A model generated the notes under the pieces. That model was not told the origin of the DNA. It made no database searches and saw only the letters and a list, made by a program, of their open reading frames with translations. Positions 18,447 through 28,696 of a stretch of 64,000 nt of DNA are shown piece after piece; the stretch's first letter is position 1; each line of letters opens with the position of its first letter. The DNA is from Vampirovibrionaceae bacterium NZW_1234 (GTDB lineage: Bacteria; Cyanobacteriota; Vampirovibrionia; Vampirovibrionales; JAGQHJ01), in NCBI GenBank assembly GCA_041697335.1, contig JBGUGD010000014.1:17910-81909 (forward strand), given 5' to 3'. A program made the translations under genes and the position numbers.

Positions 18447-19250
18447 GTGTTTATCTCCATGCCTGTCAGGCCATACAAACCCATCAACGGTTTTCCAAAA
18501 CCGGTTTCTTATGAAGACGTGAAGGGGAAACCTTACCAAACTACTGAGGTCAATATTCCTCAAAATTCGCAGATTCCCCCCACATTGTGCCAAGTCTATT
18601 TTGGGGTGTCAGAACCCGATAAGGCCCTTGGCAATTTAAAACAACGTATTCAAACTCTCGTTCACACCTATCGCACCCAAGTCGAAGCTATCCCGACATT
18701 AATGCGTGACAACCGCATCAATCACCGCGTTCATCTACGCATCATCGGCACCCTGCTTGGGTATTTACCACCCACCGCCTCACCCAAGGAATCCTACCAT
18801 CAGTACCAGCTAATCTTTAATGCCGTCCAGCGGGCTGTCGCACCGGGTAAAAAAGACTATCGCATGGTGTGCTATACAAAATCCAAGCCCGTTTCCGACG
18901 ACACCTATTGGATACAACAGTACGGCTATCATGTGCTCGTGTTTGCACCCAACGGTGCTGTCGAGTCGTACCGACGGATAACCCCGCCTGATGTTGAAAT
19001 TGATGGCGTCACACCTACAAACTTTCAAAAACGCTTGCAGCTTTTTAGCAAAACTGAAGAAGATGTCAAAGCGGTTTTAAAGCAACTGAATACTGAGAAC
19101 CCAATGCCACACAGCCCACCCGAACCGCTTTCAGATCCAAACCACTACTCCCGCACCCTGTTTAAACTTAGTGCCAACGGCCTGGATGCTTGGTCTCAGC
19201 CAGCCACCCTCACCTTGCCGTCCCTTTCTCTGGATGAGCCTGTGGGTTAA
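18447..19250 (+). CDS. Hypothetical protein
   Basis: 267 aa with no motif recognised. Confidence 0.35.
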   Translation: MFISMPVRPYKPINGFPKPVSYEDVKGKPYQTTEVNIPQNSQIPPTLCQVYFGVSEPDKALGNLKQRIQTLVHTYRTQVEAIPTLMRDNRINHRVHLRIIGTLLGYLPPTASPKESYHQYQLIFNAVQRAVAPGKKDYRMVCYTKSKPVSDDTYWIQQYGYHVLVFAPNGAVESYRRITPPDVEIDGVTPTNFQKRLQLFSKTEEDVKAVLKQLNTENPMPHSPPEPLSDPNHYSRTLFKLSANGLDAWSQPATLTLPSLSLDEPVG

Positions 19251-19279
19251 GCACCTTCCATGTTCCACCCCTGGGCAAT

Positions 19280-19831
19280 GTGAATATGCACAACTCCCCC
19301 CATAATACCCAAGGAGATGGAGTCAACCGGGAGGTGAGAAGAATGACAGCATCCGCACTCGAAGCCATTTTTTCAGAGATTAAACATTTTTCCAACGCCA
19401 TGCTGGTAACGTATGGTACCAATGGCATGATGCATGCACGGCCGATGGTCATCACCGACATTGAGACACCTTCTTGCGTCTGGTTTATTACAGCCAGCGA
19501 AACGGCCAAGACCTATGAGATAGCAAAAGATAATCGAGTTCTCGTAACCTGCCAGGATGACGATTACTGCTACCTGACCCTCAGTGGCATAGCAAATGTG
19601 GTCTACAACCGGCAAAAAGTTGCATCGCTGTGGAAAGACTTTTATTCCCAATGGTTCCCCCAAGGCCCCTCGGATCCAGATATTGCTTTGATTCGGGTAG
19701 ACGTGGACGCCGCAGAATACTGGGATCATAGCGGTTTTCAAAAAGCCCAGGAACCGGTGTCTACCCAACAAAGCAAAGCCAAACAAAATCAGGGCTCTTC
19801 TACCAACAAGATTGAAACCGGTGCGAGCTAA
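19280..19831 (+). CDS. Pyridoxamine 5'-phosphate oxidase-like / general stress protein 26 family (FMN-binding split barrel)
   Basis: AMLVTYGTNGMMHARPMVI...VWFITASETAKTYEIAKDNRVLVT is typical of the Gsp26/PNPOx-like family. The start is probably the internal Met (MTASALEAIF). Confidence 0.5.
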   Translation: MNMHNSPHNTQGDGVNREVRRMTASALEAIFSEIKHFSNAMLVTYGTNGMMHARPMVITDIETPSCVWFITASETAKTYEIAKDNRVLVTCQDDDYCYLTLSGIANVVYNRQKVASLWKDFYSQWFPQGPSDPDIALIRVDVDAAEYWDHSGFQKAQEPVSTQQSKAKQNQGSSTNKIETGAS

Positions 19832-20082
19832 ACACGGGATCGGAATACACAACATAGAGGCCGTCTTGGTTATTCAGACGGCCTCTTGAAGCTATGAAGC
19901 GATTTGCTTGAAATTAATCAAACAATCTACCAAAAAATCCGCCGACAGCCCGGCCCGCATCCGCAATCCCTTCACCAACAGCACAAACCAGCACTAAACT
20001 CCTGGCCTAATACGGTGGCACCAGCCTAGGCCGACTTACAGCCGCCCCTAATTTATACCCTGTCACAATGAAAAGTGACGTT

Positions 20083-21735
20083 TTAAGGTGTGGTTACCTG
20101 CTGGCCTTGAATGGCTTGATAGGCTTCCAGAATCTTGGCAGGAATGGCTCGAACCACTTCCGCATCAATAAAAGGGGACATCATATAGGACTTCAAGGCC
20201 ACAATGGGCTTATCATAGCTGCTGGAGCGATAGTTCTCCGTCAAAGAGAATGCAACACCACGGCCCTCCAGAGATTCTTTATAGAGATAATCAAAAATCG
20301 CCCGGTTAAGTTCGTTATGCCGCTCCAACGACTCCGCATAGGCCGGATCGCGCATTTCATTTAAAAACATCGCCGAGGCATCAATGTCGTCAGGATAAAT
20401 GCGGAACAACGTCACAGAACCATAATTATAGGTGTTCACGCAGGTGATATTGGGGAAAACCTCCAGGGATTCCCGCAACAATTCAGCCATTTCCACCAGA
20501 TGGCCCAGTAAGGACTGATAGCCCTCCTTGCCAAAAAGCAACATATTCGCCATAGCAGCCAGCGGTGCCGCCCCACCTCGAGACGCTTCTAGAGTGTATA
20601 CGCCAGGACAATATTCATCGGCTTGGCGAATATAGGGGATCGTCTCTTTTGAACGGTTCAGCAACTCTAACTCCGAGCGATTTTTCAATAAGAACAGGCT
20701 GGATGTATAAGGAGCAAAGCCGGTTTTATGGAAGTCAATCCCCATAGAGTCAGCCAGATGCAAGTGCCGAATTTTTCGCATCGAATCAGACAGGCGCCGT
20801 AAGGTTCGGACAGAGAAATTCAATTCATTGCGAGAGAAGTCATAGTCGTTAAAGACACTCCAAATCCATCCGATGACGGAATCTGCGTGCACATGGGGCA
20901 CGTAATCAAGCTGGTACTCCTCCACACAGCGATCCCGAATCTCAACCATTTCCTTGAGAGGGTCAATTCCAAAGGAATCGGTTGTCCCCATCGTCGCCAC
21001 AATACAAGCCACCCGGGTGCCTTCAGCCAATACTTCACGTAATTTGGCTTCAAAACACTTGATATCCATATCGTTGTTTTCTGTGGTGGGAATTAAAATT
21101 ACGTTATCCATACCAATTCCAAGCCACGCTGCAATACTCAGCTTGCAATAGTGGGCTGTACCCGAAGCAAAGACCACGGTCTTCTGTGTAATTCCGGTCT
21201 TTAATGTATTGGGGCAAGCTTTTTCCAAACCAATTTTGGTGCCGTAGAAATTGGTTCCGGTCCCCCCAAAGGTGAAAAGTCCCACTGATTCCTCCGGATC
21301 ATAGCCGATTAAATCGGCACACATCCGTGAAACTTCCAATTCGGCCATAGCAACCTGGTTGCTGTATTCAATCCCCACCATGTTGGGGTTATAAATCGCC
21401 CCAATCAGATTTCCCACAATCGAGGGGATGGTCGTCGGTGGGACCACATTGGTCTGAGCATTGGGGTGTCCCCAAATTGTCATGCCACTTAAGTAACGAA
21501 TAATCTGATGAATAGACCATTCAACATTGGAGAAGTTTTCGGGAATCCGATCATGGGACTCGGTATCTGCAGGCTCTTTGGCATAGCCTAAGATGGGAGC
21601 ACTACTTTTGAGTGTATCCACTTGGTCCAAGGCCCGCAAAATGGTATGAATAAAATAAGCATCATGCACTTTATCCGAAGTGGGCTTTGGAAAGGCAAGG
21701 CGGATCTTATCTAAAATTGTTTTGTAATCGCTCAT
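20083..21735 (-). CDS. Pyridoxal-dependent amino-acid decarboxylase (group II; Glu/Tyr/aromatic decarboxylase family)
   Basis: 550 aa. PLP-lysine block DSMGIDFHKTGFAPY (S-x-x-HK). Overall layout is that of group II decarboxylases. Confidence 0.7.
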   Translation of the reverse strand: MSDYKTILDKIRLAFPKPTSDKVHDAYFIHTILRALDQVDTLKSSAPILGYAKEPADTESHDRIPENFSNVEWSIHQIIRYLSGMTIWGHPNAQTNVVPPTTIPSIVGNLIGAIYNPNMVGIEYSNQVAMAELEVSRMCADLIGYDPEESVGLFTFGGTGTNFYGTKIGLEKACPNTLKTGITQKTVVFASGTAHYCKLSIAAWLGIGMDNVILIPTTENNDMDIKCFEAKLREVLAEGTRVACIVATMGTTDSFGIDPLKEMVEIRDRCVEEYQLDYVPHVHADSVIGWIWSVFNDYDFSRNELNFSVRTLRRLSDSMRKIRHLHLADSMGIDFHKTGFAPYTSSLFLLKNRSELELLNRSKETIPYIRQADEYCPGVYTLEASRGGAAPLAAMANMLLFGKEGYQSLLGHLVEMAELLRESLEVFPNITCVNTYNYGSVTLFRIYPDDIDASAMFLNEMRDPAYAESLERHNELNRAIFDYLYKESLEGRGVAFSLTENYRSSSYDKPIVALKSYMMSPFIDAEVVRAIPAKILEAYQAIQGQQVTTP

Positions 21736-21971
21736 ACGGGTAACTCTCCAAGGGTTTTATCGGTGAGGGGCGAGGGGACTCTATCAACAATAGCACGAGA
21801 CAGTCACTAAAAAAGCAGCCAGGACTCTATGGAAAATCAAACCGGTGCAGGCCTTAAAATTGCGCGTCGGTCTTCGCATCCGTCAACACAATCACTCTTT
21901 ATTTTTCTTTGCACAGGCCACTCAAAGGACTACAATAACGATAGCCTCAATAGAAAATAATTTGTATCGTC

Positions 21972-22418
21972 ATGAATTTTACCTACGCACATTTGCTCGT
22001 AAATCACATCCCCATTATTGGCGTGATGATTGTTCTCTTCTATATGGCCATGGGTTTTTTGCTAAAAAGCGATAAGCTCTTTCTCGCCAGTTGGATAGCC
22101 CTACTCGGCCTAACCATCGTTACCGCCTTTGCCTACTGGACAGGCACCCAAGCATTCGGTGGCCTGGCTAAATTCCAGGAAATTAATGTTCAAGCCATCG
22201 GTCATCACGCCCAATGGGCTGGCTATACACTCTGGGGAATGGGAATCAACGCCATCGCGTCGCTGCTAAGTCTATTCTCAGCTTGGAGCAATCAAGGCCA
22301 GACACGGCCTCTTTGTCGCTGGGGCCTATTGATCTACAATCTGCTCCTCTTAGCCGTACTCCTCCAAACAGCCATGCTTGGCGGAAGCATCCGCCATATT
22401 GAAGTGCACAGTCATTGA
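21972..22418 (+). CDS. Small integral membrane protein (4 TM)
   Basis: Hydrophobic segments IPIIGVMIVLFYMAMGFLL, LASWIALLGLTIVTAFAYW, LWGMGINAIASLLSLF and LLIYNLLLLAVLLQTAMLGG. Confidence 0.4.
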   Translation: MNFTYAHLLVNHIPIIGVMIVLFYMAMGFLLKSDKLFLASWIALLGLTIVTAFAYWTGTQAFGGLAKFQEINVQAIGHHAQWAGYTLWGMGINAIASLLSLFSAWSNQGQTRPLCRWGLLIYNLLLLAVLLQTAMLGGSIRHIEVHSH

Positions 22419-22456
22419 GCAGTACCTACGTTTACTTCAATTCAGTCTAAGCAGGA

Positions 22457-24031
22457 TTAATCAAAAAGGGCGTCAAACATATCCGAAATTTCGGAGAAAA
22501 ACCCGCCCATTGCTGAACTACTTTTCTTATCGTCAAGCATATCCATCAACATGACTGTGGTCATCATATCGTTCCCACTTCTGCTCGAACTCTGAGGCCG
22601 GTATTGAGGACGTGGTTGTGGACGGGCCCCCTGGGCTGATGCTGGCCGTGCCCGTCTTGGACGAGATGGAGCAGAAGCCGGCTGGCTCGGGGTATTCATC
22701 AACATCATCAACAACAACAATTCAGTGTCGTCATCACCTTTTTTCTTGCTGGTACCGCTTGCACCCGTGGTGCCTACCGGGCCGGATGCGCCACTGGTAC
22801 CAGTAGTGCCCGTCGTCCCGCCGGGACCCGATGTACCTGTTGCACCTGTGGTTCCCCCAGGGCCGGATGTGCCCGTAGCTCCAGTCGTTCCCCCTGGCCC
22901 CGATGTGCCTGTTGCACCCGTGGTTCCCCCAGGGCCGGATGCGCCACTGGTACCAGTAGTGCCCGTCGTCCCACCGGGGCCAGACGTTCCACTAGAGCCG
23001 CTTGTCCCCGTGGGACCCGTGGTTCCGCTGGGACCGGTTACCCCATCAATGACGGCTGTGGGGTCATTCACCAATGGCAAGCCAGCTCTGGCTCTTAAAT
23101 CGTTAATGGTCTCATGCGTCGGGGTATCATCCATGTACCATATGGTCAGATTGACGCCATTTTTCACAGTGACTTCATCACCACTGGACCGATCGGTGAG
23201 AATACAGTCCCCGTTGGCATCAAAGCGGACATCAATATCGGTGTCCATATAGATAACGTCGGCATTATCGGCACTATTAATAACCAGCCTGTTCTGCAGC
23301 CCCTGACTACTGGCTCCAGACTCCGTCATATCGATGCGATCAATATTATTGCCATTTAAATTCAGGTTAAATACGTTGTTTGCTGCGGTGGCCCCCAATC
23401 GAGTGAAAGTGTCCCGCTTCGACGCAGACGTATCGATATTTACCTGATTCTGGTTACCCAGGATGGACCAGCTGGGTGGGGACTGAAACACAGTGGTATC
23501 CATGGTGGCATCTGCCTTTAAATTCAATGTATTCTGGTTACCCAGGACATCGATATACATCATGCCACTGCCATCCGTATTTAAAGTGTTTCCAGTACCG
23601 GATAGCGAAACAGAACTGCCAAAATTCCCGAGATTCGAAAAGGTCAACGTATTGTTATTGCTGTTCTCCCGCAGGTCAATTCCCTTAAACGTGCCCGATA
23701 CGTTAAACCTATTATTCTGCACACTGGCAAAATGAAAGTAGGCATAGGTAGAATCACCGGAAATATTAACCTGATTATTATTGAACTGATAGTTGAGGGT
23801 TGAAAACGGAAATTCCTGAGATTGGCTGCTGCCAAAGTACATGGCACCTAGTTGCTGTTCCTGGATGGATGTCAAATCAAAGGTCTGCCCAACAGCATCC
23901 ATAAACTGCCTGCCATGGGCTACAGGTAAATTATTGCTCAAGAAAAACCGGATAAAATCTGAATTCGACATCTCTTCGCTTCTCTTTACTCTCCGTTTTC
24001 CAGCCGAGTAACATCGGCATGCAGATCCCAA
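22457..24031 (-). CDS. Surface-fibre-like protein: N-terminal beta-helix-type repeats (LGNQN / N-rich), central collagen-like G-X-T repeats, Pro/Arg-rich plus Met-rich C-terminus
   Basis: The repeat run [55 protein letters not shown]... is an uninterrupted Gly-X-Y run of about 35 triplets. The N-terminus holds repeated NxxLxLxG / LGNQN segments. Likely start at the internal Met MSNSDF. Confidence 0.55.
   Translation of the reverse strand: MGSACRCYSAGKRRVKRSEEMSNSDFIRFFLSNNLPVAHGRQFMDAVGQTFDLTSIQEQQLGAMYFGSSQSQEFPFSTLNYQFNNNQVNISGDSTYAYFHFASVQNNRFNVSGTFKGIDLRENSNNNTLTFSNLGNFGSSVSLSGTGNTLNTDGSGMMYIDVLGNQNTLNLKADATMDTTVFQSPPSWSILGNQNQVNIDTSASKRDTFTRLGATAANNVFNLNLNGNNIDRIDMTESGASSQGLQNRLVINSADNADVIYMDTDIDVRFDANGDCILTDRSSGDEVTVKNGVNLTIWYMDDTPTHETINDLRARAGLPLVNDPTAVIDGVTGPSGTTGPTGTSGSSGTSGPGGTTGTTGTSGASGPGGTTGATGTSGPGGTTGATGTSGPGGTTGATGTSGPGGTTGTTGTSGASGPVGTTGASGTSKKKGDDDTELLLLMMLMNTPSQPASAPSRPRRARPASAQGARPQPRPQYRPQSSSRSGNDMMTTVMLMDMLDDKKSSSAMGGFFSEISDMFDALFD
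22770..23010. repeat. Imperfect tandem 36-nt repeats (with a larger ~40-nt duplicated block) encoding the collagen-like region
   Basis: The + strand shows the unit ggnccngatgtncc(t/c)gt(t/a)gc(a/t)cc(t/a)gt(g/c)gttcccccn about four times. The block gggccggatgcgccactggtaccagtagtgcccgtcgtccc occurs at about 22778 and 22938. Confidence 0.7.
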
Positions 24032-24154
24032 AAATAACGACCTACATGAATAAAAACCAGAGATATCAAAAAATTGCCTTATTATATCATTCAGATTTAC
24101 AAATTTTCAAAACCGCCCCTTCATTGGCAGACATTCGCACTCATCTCGGGATGA

Positions 24155-25255
24155 TTAATCCCGAATCGGTGTTTTGGGAATGATCACTTTGGGCATCAAA
24201 GCGCTGCCACGAACCACCTGGTTCTTGCCTTGTTTTTTCGCTTCATACAAGGCCTTATCTGCCAGCTCTACCAACTCGAATGCGGTATGATGCCGAGGAT
24301 CCAGTTGGGCAACCCCAACACTAATGGTGATGGTTAAAGGGTTTTCAGGCAGGCAAAACACGGTCTGAGACACCAAGAGACGGATCCGCTCCAGTAATTC
24401 ATAGGCTTCGGTTTCACGCGTCTCGGGCAAAATCAGGGCAAATTCTTCCCCGCCATAGCGAGCCGCCAAGTCGGACTCACGGATATTGTTACGAATCAGG
24501 CGCCCCAACTCTCTCAGGATTCTATCACCTACCGGATGGCCATAGAAGTCATTGAGCCGCTTAAAGTCATCCAGGTCAAACAACGCCAAGGTTAAAGGTG
24601 CTTCATGGCGCCGGGCACGGGCAATTTCCTCATGAAGACGACTGTTAAACTGCCGCCGGTTGGTTAACCCTGTCAAGGCATCGGTTGCAGCCATCGATTG
24701 AAGCTTACCCACTTGTGTCGAGTGGGAGCGCAACAACGACGAGAGCATCAATCCATAAGCATACAGGCAGGCGCCCCAAGCCACCGCTGTCACAATCATC
24801 TCGGCTAGCCCCAAGGTAAAAGACCTCGGGTAAGACAATGGAATACTGCCCAGCAACAGGACCCCGTGCCAGGCCATCAGTATCTTACTGAGCTTGGTCT
24901 GGCCTAAAAACTGGGCCTGCAGCACCGCAAAAAGCCCAAAGGAATAGACCAAAAAACTGCCTGTTAACAGGTAATTGATGGTTGTATAAAGCGCCAAAAC
25001 AACGGGAATAAAGACACTTAAATGCAAAACAGTCTGAAGTTCAGCATCTCGAAGGCGCTTGACAACTTTGAGTAAAAATTCATTGCCCATTAAAAAGCCA
25101 AAATGGACCACCGCCAAACTCATTAAAATGGCTTTCCCACCCCAACCCGGATGATGCCACATCTGCGCAACAGTCAGCCCCACCAGAGTCAACACCAATA
25201 GGCGATTAAAGCGGAAAATCGACTTAAATTGTGTTTCCACCATGGCAAGCATCAC
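24155..25255 (-). CDS. Diguanylate cyclase (GGDEF) with N-terminal 5-6 TM sensor domain
   Basis: RYGGEEFALILPE (GGEEF active site) and DALTGLTNRRQF upstream block. The N-terminal half is polytopic membrane. Confidence 0.85.
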   Translation of the reverse strand: MMLAMVETQFKSIFRFNRLLVLTLVGLTVAQMWHHPGWGGKAILMSLAVVHFGFLMGNEFLLKVVKRLRDAELQTVLHLSVFIPVVLALYTTINYLLTGSFLVYSFGLFAVLQAQFLGQTKLSKILMAWHGVLLLGSIPLSYPRSFTLGLAEMIVTAVAWGACLYAYGLMLSSLLRSHSTQVGKLQSMAATDALTGLTNRRQFNSRLHEEIARARRHEAPLTLALFDLDDFKRLNDFYGHPVGDRILRELGRLIRNNIRESDLAARYGGEEFALILPETRETEAYELLERIRLLVSQTVFCLPENPLTITISVGVAQLDPRHHTAFELVELADKALYEAKKQGKNQVVRGSALMPKVIIPKTPIRD

Positions 25256-25285
25256 CCCAGGTTGTTGGTCTTGGCATCCAGGAAA

Positions 25286-26614
25286 TTATACTACGTCTTC
25301 CCAGCCGTCACCACCGGCCAGCATTTCACGGTTCAATTCGCCTTCACTGGCGGCAACAACGGTGGCAACCACACAATCATCCATCACATTCACCGTCGTC
25401 CGGCACATATCCATAATCCGATCGACGGCCCAAAGCAAGGACAAGCCCTCCATCACCTGATCCGGACGAAAACCACCGATGCCATTCAGAATGACGGCCA
25501 TGGTAATCATCCCGGCTGCGGGTACCCCGGCCGCTCCAATGGAGGCAATAATCGAGAGAATAATGATGGCCACAATGGTGGTGAAATCCAGGGGAATATG
25601 ATAGAGCTGCGCCAAAAACATAACAGAGATCACTTCGAACATCGTGGTCCCGTTCATATTCATACTAACCCCGGCCGGAAGCACAAAACTGGCAATGCGA
25701 TTTGAGACCCCGGCTCGCCGTTCGATACAGGCCAGGGTAACCGGCAACGTGGCCGAACTGGAGGCTGTTCCAAAAGCCACCAGGATGGCTTCGGAAATGG
25801 CCCGGTACAGATCCATAAAATTCACCCGGGCCAGGACATACAGCAGCACCGGGTAGACAAGCACAATCTGCAACATCAGGGCCAGCAACAATGCCCCCAT
25901 GTAGGGCATCATCTCGGTAAACAACTTGGTTCCACCGTGAGAGACGGCTGTAAACGTCAGTGCGAAGACCCCTGGGACAGCAAAAATCATAACCCAGTCG
26001 ACAATTTTCATGGTGGCCGCAAAGACCCCTTCAAAAAAGGCAATGAAGGGACGAGCCGTGTCGCCAATGAAGGACATGGCCGAGCCAAACAGCAGAGTGA
26101 ACACGATAACCGGAACCAGGTCCCGTTTGGCCAGAGATTCAAAAGGGTTCTGCGGAATCAGGTTGAGCAAGACATCCTTTAATGAGCGAATATGCCCGGC
26201 ATCCGTCGGCATAAAAGGATTAATGCCGGTGACAATATGAAATTCCTTGGGGAAATTTGCCCCGGGTGCCACATAATAAGCAATCAAGGCAGCAACAGAT
26301 GCTGAAATGGTCATGGTCAAGGCAAACAGGGCGATGGTTTTAAAACCAATTTTGCCAAGCTGCCGTCCATCTCCCAGAGAGCTCATCCCAATAATCAGAG
26401 AGCTGATAATCAGCGGAATGGCCAACATCGCCACAAGACGAATAAACATCTGCCCGACCAGTTCAAAGGCCTGATGGGCAAATGTGGGATGCTCGGGATT
26501 ATAAGGTAACCATGCGCCCAGCACGACACCCAATAAAATGGCAATGAAAATATGCCAATGACGCTTGGTGCCAAGCCCCAGCGCAACGAGAATCATCAAT
26601 AAATTCCGCATCAA
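25286..26614 (-). CDS. Dicarboxylate/amino acid:cation symporter (DAACS / GltP family)
   Basis: 442-aa polytopic protein with blocks typical of the sodium:dicarboxylate symporter family (...GTASSSATLPVT..., ...VDRIMDMCRTTVNV...). Confidence 0.8.
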   Translation of the reverse strand: MMRNLLMILVALGLGTKRHWHIFIAILLGVVLGAWLPYNPEHPTFAHQAFELVGQMFIRLVAMLAIPLIISSLIIGMSSLGDGRQLGKIGFKTIALFALTMTISASVAALIAYYVAPGANFPKEFHIVTGINPFMPTDAGHIRSLKDVLLNLIPQNPFESLAKRDLVPVIVFTLLFGSAMSFIGDTARPFIAFFEGVFAATMKIVDWVMIFAVPGVFALTFTAVSHGGTKLFTEMMPYMGALLLALMLQIVLVYPVLLYVLARVNFMDLYRAISEAILVAFGTASSSATLPVTLACIERRAGVSNRIASFVLPAGVSMNMNGTTMFEVISVMFLAQLYHIPLDFTTIVAIIILSIIASIGAAGVPAAGMITMAVILNGIGGFRPDQVMEGLSLLWAVDRIMDMCRTTVNVMDDCVVATVVAASEGELNREMLAGGDGWEDVV

Positions 26615-26715
26615 CTCGTCCGATTTTCCACTACATCAACTGCTTTCCATTATAAGAAGGTTTGAGGCAATGGGGAATCCGTCGATGCGGAATTTACTCT
26701 TTTAGAATGACAAAC

Positions 26716-26934
26716 TTATTGCCAAGCGTCTTTGCGGCGAACCCCCTTCATTTGCTTAGCACGCTTGTGTGTTTTGTTGTACAGCTTCGACAAAGCTTCA
26801 TGGGCGTCTTCTAAGAATTCAGTATTGACGGGGGCATCATCCATCTCCACCAAATCAGACATATGACCCATCCGGGGGTTATTCGACACTTCATATGCCT
26901 GATCGTCCCAAATATTGCGCCGTCGCTTAGTCAC
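26716..26934 (-). CDS. Small hypothetical protein
   Basis: 72-aa acidic/basic ORF with no motif. Confidence 0.25.
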   Translation of the reverse strand: MTKRRRNIWDDQAYEVSNNPRMGHMSDLVEMDDAPVNTEFLEDAHEALSKLYNKTHKRAKQMKGVRRKDAWQ

Positions 26935-27045
26935 GGGTACTATCTCCTATTCATTCGATTGTTTGACTTCGAGGAATCACTCACAGTGATCTACCCCCCA
27001 TATCGTCGAAACAGGGACCAAACTTTAGGGTTTTGCATATAAAAT

Positions 27046-28071
27046 TTATAGACAATTGATCTCTTTGGTCAGGTGACAGTGGGCCGAATGTCCCGGGAGG
27101 TAGTCTGTCATCTGGGGAATATCGTGAGAACATATTTCAATCTTATATGGACACCGCGTGTGGAAGCGACATCCGGATGGAGGATTTGCCGGGGACGGTA
27201 GGTCACCTTCCAACAGCAAGCGTTTTGAGTAGTCGTAATTGGGATCGGGTACGGCTACGGCGCTTAACAAAGCCTTTGTATACGGATGCAGTGGCCGATC
27301 GTACAATTCACCAGCCTTAGCCACTTCCACCACTTCACCCAGGTACATCACCGCCACCCGATCGCTAATATACTCAACCACACTCAAATTATGAGCAATG
27401 AACAAGTAGGTCAGGCCGAATTCTTTTTTCAAATCCATCATCAGATTCAGAATTTGAGCTTGAACACTAACGTCCAAAGCACTGACAGGCTCATCAGCGA
27501 CAATAAATTTGGGTTTCAAAGCCAATGCCCGGGCAATGCCCACGCGTTGTCGCTGCCCACCTGACAATTCATGAGGGTAACGACCATAGGCATCCTTGGG
27601 CAAGCCTACCAAGTCTAACAAACGACGAACTTCATTTTGCAGGGCAACCCCACGGAAGACCCGATGAATGCGAAAGGGTTCGGCAATGGAATCCCCGATA
27701 GACATCCGGGGGTCCAGGCTGGAATAGGGATTTTGAAAGACAATCTGCATATCCCGACGCCAGGCACGAAGCTCCCTGGGACTCAATTGGGTTAAATCCT
27801 GCCCTTCAAACAAAACCCGTCCAGACGTGGGGCGAAGCAACTGAAGGATGCATCGGCCCAAAGTCGACTTTCCACAACCGGACTCACCCACCACACCCAA
27901 CGTTTCCCCTTTATAGATGTCCAAAGAGACGTTGGTCACCGCCTGAATCTGCCCTACCGTCCGGTTAAAAAATCCTTTTCGTATGGGAAATTCCTTGGTC
28001 ACATTCTCCAGCCGGATCAGGGTCTCCTGCTGAGCACGGGATTGATTCTCGGTCGCCGCCTGTGTGGCCAT
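27046..28071 (-). CDS. Oligopeptide/dipeptide-type ABC transporter ATP-binding protein (OppF/DppF-like), apparently orphan
   Basis: Walker A GESGCGKST, signature LSGGQRQRVGIARAL, Walker B FIVADEPVSALD, and the Opp C-terminal extension with GCRFHTRCPYKIEICSHDIP. No permease or substrate-binding protein genes are adjacent. Confidence 0.85.
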   Translation of the reverse strand: MATQAATENQSRAQQETLIRLENVTKEFPIRKGFFNRTVGQIQAVTNVSLDIYKGETLGVVGESGCGKSTLGRCILQLLRPTSGRVLFEGQDLTQLSPRELRAWRRDMQIVFQNPYSSLDPRMSIGDSIAEPFRIHRVFRGVALQNEVRRLLDLVGLPKDAYGRYPHELSGGQRQRVGIARALALKPKFIVADEPVSALDVSVQAQILNLMMDLKKEFGLTYLFIAHNLSVVEYISDRVAVMYLGEVVEVAKAGELYDRPLHPYTKALLSAVAVPDPNYDYSKRLLLEGDLPSPANPPSGCRFHTRCPYKIEICSHDIPQMTDYLPGHSAHCHLTKEINCL

Positions 28072-28214
28072 CTTACCTCACTGATATAAGGGATGTCGCA
28101 TCCTGCCTCGAACATCCCTATTGTATCGTATTTAGTCCGGTTGGCATAATAAACGACAAGGGCTAAGCCGACTTATATGTGCCTATCCCTAACAGACTCC
28201 CGAGCCAGACACGC

Positions 28215-28556
28215 TTACCGATGAAAAGCAAAATACACGGCGCCAACCAGGCACAGGAACGACCACAGATGATTCCACCCCAGCTGTTCCTTAAAATACC
28301 AGGTTGTAAACCCGGCAAAAACCACCAAGGTAATACACTCTTGCAGCACTTTTAACTGGGACGGGCTCATCACACCATAACCAATGCGATTTGCCGGGAC
28401 CTGGAAGCAGTACTCAAAAAAGGCCAGCCCCCAGCTCATTAGAATGGCCACTAACAGGGACCACTTGGGAAACTTTAAATGACTGTACCAGGCAAAGGTC
28501 ATAAAAATATTCGCAATAATCAATAGAATCAGGGTCCAAAGTGGGATGCCAAACAT
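28215..28556 (-). CDS. Small 4-TM membrane protein (DUF486/DMT-like)
   Basis: 113 aa with four hydrophobic helices; it resembles the small DMT-superfamily half-transporter-like family. Confidence 0.45.
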   Translation of the reverse strand: MFGIPLWTLILLIIANIFMTFAWYSHLKFPKWSLLVAILMSWGLAFFEYCFQVPANRIGYGVMSPSQLKVLQECITLVVFAGFTTWYFKEQLGWNHLWSFLCLVGAVYFAFHR

Positions 28557-28696
28557 AAACTACCCAAGCCACAATCCTAATGTTGATCATTTAATTATAA
28601 AGGACATTCAATAGGGGCAACACACTTGCCTTGCAGATGCCACATGTTTTTGGGATAGTGTCCTCCAAATAGCATCGGTTTTGGGAGTGAGACATT

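Noticed and set aside
22770-23010. Tandem direct repeats considered as a possible CRISPR array or minisatellite
   Set aside because: The repeats are contiguous with no spacers, have 36-nt periodicity in frame, and encode the Gly-X-Y collagen-like region of a protein.
24138-24166. Hairpin tcgggatgattaatcccga overlapping the GGDEF stop codon
   Set aside because: There is no U-tract. It is probably a coincidental palindrome including the stop codon.
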